The translations under genes were made by a program, and so were the position numbers. From assembly GCA_003542385.1 (NCBI GenBank), contig DPKT01000351.1, forward strand, positions 1,178-46,272: DNA of 45,095 bases, written 5' to 3'. The notes under the pieces were generated by a model that saw only the letters and a program-made list of their open reading frames with translations, was not told the DNA's origin and did no database searches. Of the stretch, positions 11,492 to 19,597 are shown one piece after another (the first letter of the stretch is position 1; the number at the start of each line of letters is the position of its first letter). The DNA comes from Desulfomicrobium sp. GTDB lineage: Bacteria; Desulfobacterota; Desulfovibrionia; Desulfovibrionales; Desulfomicrobiaceae.

Positions 11492-11525
11492 AAAAAAACC
11501 TCCAGCATGTGCGATGCTGAAGGTC
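11492..11525 (-). terminator. Riboswitch expression-platform terminator
   Basis: Transcript ACCTTCAGCAT-cgcac-ATGCTGGAGGT-TTTTTT. Its 5' arm overlaps the 3' strand of aptamer P1. Confidence 0.75.
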
Positions 11526-11612
11526 TTGCTCATCGGCGGGTCACCGACGGCCGGGCCAAGCGCGTGCGCGCCAGTGATGTTGACCGGGCCTGGAGGAGCT
11601 ACTCCCCTTCGT
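11518..11612 (-). ncRNA. yybP-ykoY (Mn2+) riboswitch
   Basis: Minus strand reads GAAGGGGAGTAGC...GGTCAACATCAC...GCAAGACCTTC, the family's 5' and 3' hallmarks with P1 GAAGG/CCTTC. It sits upstream of a TerC gene, the typical context. Confidence 0.88.
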
Positions 11613-11624
11613 CGTAAAGCGTGC

Positions 11625-11653
11625 CATCTATCCATGACGGCCGGTCCCGTCAA
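11625..11653 (-). promoter_or_regulatory. Possible sigma-70 promoter for the riboswitch-terC transcript
   Basis: TTGACG-17 bp-TAGATG about 12 bp upstream of the aptamer. The -10 element is imperfect. Confidence 0.4.
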
Positions 11654-11690
11654 GGGCCGGCTCCCTTTCCGCTGTTGCCGGCGCCGGGCA

Positions 11691-13985
11691 TCAGGTCCCG
11701 GCCTCTGCTGATGTTTGCAGTCCGCGCAGGAACGCGGCGAGTGCCTTGTCGTGCTCCAGAATGTGCTCCAGGAGCCATGTCCTGAAAAAGTCGCGCAGGA
11801 ACTGAACGTCCTTGTCGCCCATTTCCGGGCCGAAGCGGCGCAGTTCCAGAACCAGCCGTTCGTGCTCCGCGTCATGCGCCTTGCGGTCCGGGTAGCCGTG
11901 CTGGAGCATGAGCCCGAGTTCGGTGGCGAAATGGTATTCGGTGTACGCCAGGAGCACCTTGAAAAGGGTCTCGCCCACCAGGTTGTCCCCGTCCCGCTGG
12001 GTCGCGCACAATTTGTTGACCAGCGCGGCCATTTCCGCATGCTGCTGGTCGATCTCCGTCACGCCCACGACGTGGGTTTCGCTCAGCGTGACCCCGGTTT
12101 CGGGCTGGCGGGCTTCCCCTGCGAAGGCGAAGCCGCCTCGGCCCTTCTTCTTGCTCAGGTACATGGCCATGTCCGCGGCCATGAGCAGGCTGTCCATGTC
12201 GGCGCCGTGCTCGGGGTAGAGGCTAATGCCGATGCTGGACCCCACGGAGCACGTCAGCGTTTCGGACAGGGGAATGTCCGGAGTCACGGCGGCCAGGATT
12301 TTCCGCGCAACGGCATTGGCTCCGTCCCGGCCTTCGAGTTCGTGGAGGATGATCACGAACTCGTCGCCGCCCATCCTGGCTACGGTGTCGGTGGCCCGCA
12401 CGGTTTCCACGAGCCTTTCTGCGACGGTCTTCAGGACCGTATCGCCCGCGTCGTGTCCGTGCTCGTCGTTGACCTTCTTGAAGCCGTCCAGGTCAATGAA
12501 GAGGATGCCAAGAGGCTTCTGGTTGCGTTTGGCGCCTGACAAGGCCTGGGACAGGCGGTCGAAGAAGAGCGTCCGGTTGGGGAGCCCCGTCAGACGGTCA
12601 TGGTAGGCCAGTTCGTGCAGATGCCGCTCGGCCTCCCTGCGCCCGGTGATGTCGTGGGCCGCGGCGTAGACCAGGCCGCCGTGGCCTGCCGCGGACCATT
12701 CGAGAAAGCGGTAGGAACCGTTCTTGTTGCGGAATCTGGCCACGAAGTCGGAAACGGTCCTGCCGGCGGCGATGTCGGCCAGGGTATCGAAAGCCGCCTG
12801 CATGTCGTCGGGGTGGAAGTATTCGATGCATTGCCTCCCTTCCAGTTCCCCTGACGGGTACCCCATGGCCCTTTCCCAGGCAGGGTTGAGTTTCAGGCAG
12901 ACTCCCTGCAGGTCGGTTATGATGAGCATGTTCGGCGAGATGGAAAAGAAGCTCTCGAGTTCCGTGCGGACGGATTGCAGTTCGATCCCCATGCGCTCGG
13001 AATGGAGCCGCGTCTTGCGGCGCCAGCGCTGCGAGCCGAAGAGGGCGGCGGCGCCGGCCAGGAAGACGGTGGCGAAGAGGGCGATGGAGACGCGAACGTT
13101 GTTGCGCCAATACTGGAACACGGCGCGCGTGTCCCGGCCGACGCCCAGGACGAGCGGGGGGCTGAGCTTCAGGGTCGGCGACTGCACCGTCTGCAGGATG
13201 AGCAGGGACTCTTCGTTCGCTGCGTAGCTTTTTCCCTCGAACAGGGAGGACGTGAGTCCGCTCTCGAGGTGCCGCGTGAAGAACGTGCCCGGGATCGCCA
13301 GATTTTTGCCGACCATTCCCTCTCTGGCCGGTACCCAGAGAAGGACCGTACCCGCGCCGTGGACCAGTCGGGCCCACGAATTGGGAGCGTACAGCACCGC
13401 GGCCATGATGGCTCGGAAGAACTCCGGGTCGAGGGAGGCCGTGACCAGGCCGGCGAAGGAGCCGTCGGGTGCGGTCAGGCATTTCGTGATGTTGACGTTC
13501 AGGTCGCTGAGAGAGCTGTTGAAGGGGCTGCTGATATAGAGGACGTCGTCGTCCGGCCGGTCGCGGGGAGTCGTGAAATATTCCTGTTCCGCGGTGTTCT
13601 GGCCCACATGCTCGTCGAAGTTGGAAGCGAGGATCGCGCCCGACGAGTCGATGATGTCCAGGGAACGGACGCTGGTCATGGCGGTGGCCAGAATCTTGAG
13701 CCTGGCCGCGGTCGAAAGCGCGTCAGAGCGGTCATGGAGGCGTTGCGTGAGTATGGGAGGGGGGAGTGCGTCCCGGAGGTTGTCGAGGGTGGCGTCGATC
13801 TTTTCGAGCTGGGTCACGACCATGTACTCGCCGACCGAGGCCACGGCGGCGAGGCGCTCCTCTTCCCGCGTCTTGACGGAGGTGAATTCGCGCTGATTCT
13901 CGTAGATCAGGACGGCTGCCAGAATGCAGGCGCAGACCGCGAAGGTGGCCCATTCTGTGCGGAATGTATCCGGCTTGCCGGGCAT
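11691..13985 (-). CDS. Diguanylate cyclase: TM-dCache-TM-PAS-GGDEF-hemerythrin
   Basis: HDRLTGLPNR, DLDGFKKVND, RATD (I-site) followed by GGDEF. C-terminal IDQQH...HFATE...HDAEH...HILEHD hemerythrin ligand set. Confidence 0.9.
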   Translation of the reverse strand: MPGKPDTFRTEWATFAVCACILAAVLIYENQREFTSVKTREEERLAAVASVGEYMVVTQLEKIDATLDNLRDALPPPILTQRLHDRSDALSTAARLKILATAMTSVRSLDIIDSSGAILASNFDEHVGQNTAEQEYFTTPRDRPDDDVLYISSPFNSSLSDLNVNITKCLTAPDGSFAGLVTASLDPEFFRAIMAAVLYAPNSWARLVHGAGTVLLWVPAREGMVGKNLAIPGTFFTRHLESGLTSSLFEGKSYAANEESLLILQTVQSPTLKLSPPLVLGVGRDTRAVFQYWRNNVRVSIALFATVFLAGAAALFGSQRWRRKTRLHSERMGIELQSVRTELESFFSISPNMLIITDLQGVCLKLNPAWERAMGYPSGELEGRQCIEYFHPDDMQAAFDTLADIAAGRTVSDFVARFRNKNGSYRFLEWSAAGHGGLVYAAAHDITGRREAERHLHELAYHDRLTGLPNRTLFFDRLSQALSGAKRNQKPLGILFIDLDGFKKVNDEHGHDAGDTVLKTVAERLVETVRATDTVARMGGDEFVIILHELEGRDGANAVARKILAAVTPDIPLSETLTCSVGSSIGISLYPEHGADMDSLLMAADMAMYLSKKKGRGGFAFAGEARQPETGVTLSETHVVGVTEIDQQHAEMAALVNKLCATQRDGDNLVGETLFKVLLAYTEYHFATELGLMLQHGYPDRKAHDAEHERLVLELRRFGPEMGDKDVQFLRDFFRTWLLEHILEHDKALAAFLRGLQTSAEAGT

Positions 13986-14106
13986 GGCGTGCCTCCCGTC
14001 CCATCAGCCCCCGTTACACGTTTTTCAACTAAAAAATACCAGACATCGAAGTACGTGTCATCATGGAAGCCGGCGCGGCACTTCCGCCACGCGGGGGAAG
14101 GAGGCG

Positions 14107-16605
14107 TCAGGGCCGGCCGCAGGCCCTGGCGATGGTTGCGGTCAGTGCATCGATGCCGGCCGGCTTGCCGATGTAATCGTCCATGCCCAGAGCCATGAAC
14201 CTTTCGCGGTCTCCGGGCATGGCGTAGGCGGTCAGGGCTACGACGGGGACCGGGGCCCTGCCGGTTCGGGCCTCCTCCGCCCTGATCAGCCTGACGGCTT
14301 CGGTCCCGCCCATGAGCGGCATCTGGATGTCCATGAGGATCAGATCAAAGTCCCCTCCCTTCCAGACATCGACCGCCTGGCGACCATTTGTCGCCAGAAC
14401 GACGCAGTGCCCGGCCTTCTCCAGGATCCGTCGCATGTAGAACTGGTTGGACGGTTCGTCCTCGGCCACCAGGATGCGCAGCCCCGGACGCGTCTCCCCG
14501 ATCCGGGAGCGGGCCGGCATTTCGACCTGCGTGGCGGTGGGCAGCCCGAAGGGCAGGACCACATGCATCGAGGTGCCCCTGCCGGGTTCGCTCTCGACGA
14601 AGATGTTCCCGTCCATGAGTTCCGCCAGGCGCTTGACGATGGCCAGGCCCAGCCCGGCCCCCTGGTACCTGCGCGTGTAGGAGCCCTCGACCTGGACAAA
14701 GGGCTTGAACAGCTCCCCGAACTTGTCGGCGGGGATGCCGATGCCCGTGTCGTGCACGGAAAAGAGGACGCGCAGGGCGCCGTCCTGCGGCGAACCGAGG
14801 GGAGTCATCTCCAGGGTGATGGCGCCTGACTCCGTGAACTTGAGGGAATTGCCCACCAGGTTGAAGAGAATCTGGCGCACGCGGGCGGCGTCGCCCAGGA
14901 GGCGCGGCGGAAGGTCGGGGTGCAGGGCGCAGCTCAGCGGCAGGCTCTTTTCCCGGGCCGCGAGGCTGAAGAGGTCGGACACGGACTCGGCCAGCTCCGC
15001 CGGACTGAACGACTCGTGCACGATTTCGACCTTGCCCGCCTCGATCTTCGAGATGTCGAGGATGTCCGAGAGCAGCCGGGTCAGCCGGTCCGAGGAGCGC
15101 AGGGCCATGGACACGAACTCGTCCTGCTCCTCGTCGAGCCGCGTGGTCTGCAGGAGCTGCATCATGCCCATGACGCCGTTGAGCGGGGTGCGCAGCTCGT
15201 GGCTCATGTTGGCCAGGAATTCCGACTTGGCGCGATTGGCGGCCTCGGCCTCCTCCTTGGCGCGCAGCAGGCTCTCTTCGACGGCCTTCTGCCGGGTGAT
15301 GTCCAGGGCGCAGACCAGGACCCGCGGCTCGTTCTGCACCTCCAGGTAGTCCGCGCTGAGCAGCAGGCAACGGTCCCCGCCCCCGAGCTCTTCGCGCAGC
15401 AGCCAGAACTCCACGTTCTGCCTGCTTTGCCGGTCGGCGAAGGTGTCCCGGATGACGCCGCTCATGGAGCATACCGGGCATGCCTGGCCGGACCCGCATC
15501 CCTGCGGTGTCTTCGCGTGGTTCGGGCAGCCGAGTACCTCGCCGCAACGCAGGCCCAGGGTGTCCTCCTCGCTGCGGCCGATGAACTCCATGGCCGCGCG
15601 GTTGAGCTTGCGGACCCGCGTCTCTTCGTCGAACAGCATCATGACGACCGGGGCGCTCTTGTGCACGGCCGAGAGCTCGGTCAGGGTCGCCTGCAGTTCG
15701 GTCTCGGCCTGTTTCCGGGCCGTGATGTCGCGGTTGCAGCCGCGCCTGCCGAGGTATTTGCCGTCGGCGTCGTAGATCGCCTTGCAGATGTGGCTGACCC
15801 ATACGACTTCGCCGGAGGGCCTGACGATGCGGAACTCCATTTCCCTGTGGGCCGGGCGCGTGGCATCGGCCTCGTCGAGGTGGGAGAGCCAGCTCTGTCG
15901 GTCGTCAGGGTGGATGACGGCGCGGATGTGCAGGCCGAAGTCGCCCAGGAAGACATCGGGGGCCAGGCCCGTGATCTCGCGCGAGGCGGGGGAAACCCAG
16001 ACGTACTTGCCGTCCGGGCCCCGCCAGTATTCCCAGTCGTGGGTGTTGTCGGCGATGATGCGCAGGCGCTGCTCGCTTTCCCTGAGCGCGCTCTCGGCCA
16101 GTTTGCGCCCGGTGACGTCCTCGCGGATGAGGATGCCGCCGCAGACCTGCCCCGCGTCATGCAGGGGAATGCCCCGGACGCTCTGCCAGGCCGAGCCTCC
16201 GGCGGAAAGGTGCGGGATGAAGACGCTCTCCAGGGCCAGGGTCCGGCCCTGGACCAGCCCTTCGAGTTCGTCCCGCAGCCCGGCCGAAACCAGCCCGGGC
16301 AGTTCCGTCAGATGGCGGCCGAGAAAGAATTGCGGCCCGAGCCGCCCCCTGGCGAAGGTTTCCAGGTGGAACCGGTTGACGAAGGTGACGCGCCCGTCGC
16401 GGTCGAAGGTCATGATCGACAGGGGGAGGTTGTCCACCAGGGACTGGTAGACGGCCGCGTTCGGTCCGGACCCGTCCATGGCCGGCGTGGCGTGGCGCGT
16501 CCGGGCGTTGCGGAGCTGGTTTTCCAGTTCGGCGATGCGCGCGCGTGCGGCGATGAGATCCTGCTCGAGGCGGGAAGAGGGGGGCGGCGCGGAAGAATCG
16601 TTCAT
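14107..16605 (-). CDS. Cytoplasmic hybrid sensor kinase (3x PAS, HisKA, HATPase, REC)
   Basis: AKSEFLANMSHELRTPLNG, NLVGNSLKFT, DTGIGI, GAGLGLAI, receiver ILVAEDE...LMDIQMP. No TM segment seen. Confidence 0.92.
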   Translation of the reverse strand: MNDSSAPPPSSRLEQDLIAARARIAELENQLRNARTRHATPAMDGSGPNAAVYQSLVDNLPLSIMTFDRDGRVTFVNRFHLETFARGRLGPQFFLGRHLTELPGLVSAGLRDELEGLVQGRTLALESVFIPHLSAGGSAWQSVRGIPLHDAGQVCGGILIREDVTGRKLAESALRESEQRLRIIADNTHDWEYWRGPDGKYVWVSPASREITGLAPDVFLGDFGLHIRAVIHPDDRQSWLSHLDEADATRPAHREMEFRIVRPSGEVVWVSHICKAIYDADGKYLGRRGCNRDITARKQAETELQATLTELSAVHKSAPVVMMLFDEETRVRKLNRAAMEFIGRSEEDTLGLRCGEVLGCPNHAKTPQGCGSGQACPVCSMSGVIRDTFADRQSRQNVEFWLLREELGGGDRCLLLSADYLEVQNEPRVLVCALDITRQKAVEESLLRAKEEAEAANRAKSEFLANMSHELRTPLNGVMGMMQLLQTTRLDEEQDEFVSMALRSSDRLTRLLSDILDISKIEAGKVEIVHESFSPAELAESVSDLFSLAAREKSLPLSCALHPDLPPRLLGDAARVRQILFNLVGNSLKFTESGAITLEMTPLGSPQDGALRVLFSVHDTGIGIPADKFGELFKPFVQVEGSYTRRYQGAGLGLAIVKRLAELMDGNIFVESEPGRGTSMHVVLPFGLPTATQVEMPARSRIGETRPGLRILVAEDEPSNQFYMRRILEKAGHCVVLATNGRQAVDVWKGGDFDLILMDIQMPLMGGTEAVRLIRAEEARTGRAPVPVVALTAYAMPGDRERFMALGMDDYIGKPAGIDALTATIARACGRP

Positions 16606-16738
16606 GGTTCCGGTCTGTGGTTGTTACGGGGCCGGAAGGCGCCGGCCCTGCCTGGGTGTCTGCCGGGGCGATTTCCTCAATGGTCAATGTGTGTCAGATG
16701 GCGGGGGTTGCGGTCAAGGGCGGTGAGAAGCCGATGGG

Positions 16739-16817
16739 ATGGACGAGATGGACCTCATGGACCACGCATGCACCCGTCCATATTGTCCATCTCGTCCATG
16801 AGGTCCATCTCGTCCAT
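16739..16817. repeat. Intergenic palindrome built from ~9-bp ATGGAC/GTCCAT units
   Basis: 16739-16762 (ATGGACgagATGGACctcATGGAC) is the exact reverse complement of 16794-16817. Two extra GTCCAT units lie at 16776 and 16785. Confidence 0.85.
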
Positions 16818-16848
16818 GCAGACCAGATACCAGACGGCCGCGTGGTGC

Positions 16849-17586
16849 TCAGTCGACCTCGGCTTTTTCGTGCCCGGGGAATACCACGGTGCATTTGAGA
16901 CCGGCGGGCAGGGCATGATCGGGGTTGGGCAGGGTCAGGCGTACGCCGAAGGTGCCGCTCGCCGCGTCGATGACGCGGTCTACGATGGTCACCGTCGCCT
17001 CGTGCCGTCCTCCCACTGGTTTTTCCGGGAGCACCTCGGCCTTCATGTCCACAGCGACCGTGTCGTACATCTCCGACGGCAGGATGACCTCCACGCACAG
17101 GGGGTCGATCTGGGCCAGCTTGAGGATAGGCCGGTTCTCGACGTATTCCCCCGGAGACATGTAGCGCTCCACGACCACCCCGTCGATGGTGCTCCGTATT
17201 TCAAGGCGTTTGACGATTTCGGAGGAATACCTGTAGTCGGCTTCGGCGAGGGCCTTTTCGGTCTCGGCTTCGTCCATGTCGTTGGCCGCGATGACATCCT
17301 TGCGATAGAGCGGGTTCATGCGGTCCATCTTGCGCTGGGCAAAATCCTTCTGGGCCCTTTTTAGCTCCATGGCAGCCTTCTCCACGCTGGAATGCAGCGT
17401 CGCCACCACCTGGCCCTTGCGGACCGTGTCGCCGCGGTCGAAGCCGACCGTGGCCAGGACCCCCTCTTGGGGACTTCCAACATGCACCACTTGGAACGGC
17501 GTGATCAGCCCGTCGGCCTGGAAGGCGTGGGCCGTAGCCACGGCCAGCGCAAAGACCATCCCCGCAAGCACGAATGTCCGTTTCAT
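16849..17586 (-). CDS. Periplasmic adaptor / membrane fusion protein (RND-MFP type) with signal peptide
   Basis: N-terminus MKRTFVLAGMVFALAVATAHA, lipoyl half-motifs GDTVRKGQVVATL and IRSTIDGVVVER...PGEYV, coiled-coil hairpin, IDAASGTFGVR. Confidence 0.85.
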   Translation of the reverse strand: MKRTFVLAGMVFALAVATAHAFQADGLITPFQVVHVGSPQEGVLATVGFDRGDTVRKGQVVATLHSSVEKAAMELKRAQKDFAQRKMDRMNPLYRKDVIAANDMDEAETEKALAEADYRYSSEIVKRLEIRSTIDGVVVERYMSPGEYVENRPILKLAQIDPLCVEVILPSEMYDTVAVDMKAEVLPEKPVGGRHEATVTIVDRVIDAASGTFGVRLTLPNPDHALPAGLKCTVVFPGHEKAEVD

Positions 17587-17599
17587 GGTATCCCCCGCT

Positions 17600-19597
17600 T
17601 CATTCCAGACGGCCCGAGAACGCCAAGGCGTCCTCCATCTGGGTGTCCAGCCTCAAGAGGTTGCGGCGCAGCCGCGCATGCAGCCGCTCTGCCGAGCGCT
17701 GGGCCATAAGCGCCAGCAGCCCGCACGCCCATTGTCCGCCGAGGGGCATGGGCGAGCGTAGGAGGGCCGCCGCGGACCAGCGCAGAAATGTCTTCACGTG
17801 GGTCGTGATCAGTTCGTCCTCAAGAGAAAGCACGGACTGGAAGGTGCCGGGATCGCCCTGTCGGCCGCAGCGCCCAAAGAGCTGTCGGTCGATGCGGCCA
17901 GCCTCGGAGCGTTCCGAGGCGATGACGTGCAGTCCGCCCAGTTCGGCCACGCCGGGGCCTAGGCGGATGTCCGTGCCCCGGCCGGCCATGTTCGTGGCCA
18001 CGGTGATCTGGCCGCGTTGACCGGCCTGGGCCACGATCTCGGCCTCTTGGCGGTCCTGCTCGGCGTTCAGCACCCTGTGGGGCAGTCCGGCCCGGTTGAG
18101 CAGGCCGCTCAAGAGTTCCGATGAGCCTACAGAACGCGTGCCAACCAGGATCGGCCGCCCGCTGCCGTGGATCTGCCCGATGGTTCCAACCACGGCCTCC
18201 CATTTCCGGCGTTCGGTGTCGAATGCCCGGCTCGGAAGGCCCTTGCGTCGAAGGGGGCGGTTCGTGGGCAGGGGGACCACGCGCAGACGGTAGATGGACC
18301 ACAGCTCCCGGGCCACCTCACGGGCGGTACCCGTCATGCCGGCCAGACGCAGGTAGCGGCGGAAGAATCGCTGGTAGCTTATTCGCGCCAGGGTGTCCTT
18401 GCGGCTGGTGGGATCGCAGCCCTCCTTGATCTCGATGAGTTGGTGAAGGCCCAACTCCCAGGATCGATCGGGCATCAGGCGCCCCGTGTACTCGTCGATG
18501 ATCTGGACCTTGCCGTCGCGGACGAGGTAGTGCTTGTCGCGCTCGAAGAGATACAGGGCCGAGAGTCCCTGCCGGACCAGTTCCTGGCGCTGCGGAGGGT
18601 TGGTCCATGCGCGGGCCTCGGCCCAGTCGAAGCCTTCGGTCTTGGCCTTGCCGCGGTCGCGTAGCTCCACGTTTCGTTCGCTCTCGGAGATGCTGAAATC
18701 ATCCCCGGCCGTGAGAGACGCGGCCAGATTGAGAGCCAGACGGTAGACGTTCTGGGCGGTCGAGGCCCCGGGGTCGGTGGAAATGATGAGGGGCGTTCGG
18801 GCCTCGTCGATAAGCACGCTGTCCGCCTCGTCCACGATGGCGAAACTTAGGCCGCGCATAAGCAGCCGGTTGGCCCGGGAGCTTTCTCCGTACAGGCGTT
18901 CGAGCTGCAGCCGCATGGGGCTTGGGCGGTCCCACATGACGATACGGTCTTTGAGGTAGTCGAAGGCCACCTCCTTGTTCGTGCAGTAGGTCACGTCGCA
19001 GGCGTAGGCCGCTCGGCGCGCGGCCGGGTCCATGCCCTGCCTGACGACACCCACAGTCAGTCCCAGAGCTTCGTAGATCGGACCCATCAGGGCGGCGTCG
19101 CGCCCGGCCAGATAGTCGTTGACCGTGATGATGTGCACGCGGGTCCCAGTCAGGGCCGCGGTGCAGGCTGGGAGTGTGGCTGTCAGGGTCTTGCCCTCGC
19201 CGGTCTCCATTTCCGCCACCATGCCGTTGAGGAGCACCAGGCCGCCGGACAGCTGTACGTCGAAATGCCGCATCCCGATCCGGCGGGACGCGGCCTCGCG
19301 GACCAAAGCGAAGGCCCGGGCCACTGCGTCGTCCCGCAGGCCCTCCATGCGCAGGGTCATGCCGATCTCGCGCCCGGTCTGCCTGATTTCGGGGTCCGTA
19401 AGACGCCCGATCTCCGCCCCGTGGTGGTCGATGCGACCAATCATGCTTGTTCCGAAACGCCCCCGTCCCGGACGTACCCATGGCGCCACCAAGGCGGACA
19501 GACCGGTCTCCAGGCGGTCGAGCCAGTTCTCACGTCTTTCCTCCCGCTCCGGGTAGATTCCGGCCGAGATCAGGGCGTTGGCGGTGTCCCTAGACAT
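17600..19597 (-). CDS. Accessory SecA paralog (SecA_DEAD-type), C-terminally truncated
   Basis: EMETGEGKTL, VNDYLAGRD, FDYLKD, IVDEADSVLIDEARTPLIIS, IIDEYTGR, GMTGTA, ATNMAGRGTDI, QLFGRCGRQGDPG, SLED. Only 665 aa; ends about 65 aa after SLED. Confidence 0.92.
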   Translation of the reverse strand: MSRDTANALISAGIYPEREERRENWLDRLETGLSALVAPWVRPGRGRFGTSMIGRIDHHGAEIGRLTDPEIRQTGREIGMTLRMEGLRDDAVARAFALVREAASRRIGMRHFDVQLSGGLVLLNGMVAEMETGEGKTLTATLPACTAALTGTRVHIITVNDYLAGRDAALMGPIYEALGLTVGVVRQGMDPAARRAAYACDVTYCTNKEVAFDYLKDRIVMWDRPSPMRLQLERLYGESSRANRLLMRGLSFAIVDEADSVLIDEARTPLIISTDPGASTAQNVYRLALNLAASLTAGDDFSISESERNVELRDRGKAKTEGFDWAEARAWTNPPQRQELVRQGLSALYLFERDKHYLVRDGKVQIIDEYTGRLMPDRSWELGLHQLIEIKEGCDPTSRKDTLARISYQRFFRRYLRLAGMTGTAREVARELWSIYRLRVVPLPTNRPLRRKGLPSRAFDTERRKWEAVVGTIGQIHGSGRPILVGTRSVGSSELLSGLLNRAGLPHRVLNAEQDRQEAEIVAQAGQRGQITVATNMAGRGTDIRLGPGVAELGGLHVIASERSEAGRIDRQLFGRCGRQGDPGTFQSVLSLEDELITTHVKTFLRWSAAALLRSPMPLGGQWACGLLALMAQRSAERLHARLRRNLLRLDTQMEDALAFSGRLE

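Noticed and set aside
16739-16817. CRISPR array or MITE
   Set aside because: Units are 9 bp with no spacers, no cas genes are present, and no target-site duplication is evident.
17600-19597. Housekeeping secA or a secA pseudogene
   Set aside because: It is too short for housekeeping SecA, yet all motor motifs are intact, the stop is clean and the next gene starts 13 bp later. An accessory paralog fits better.
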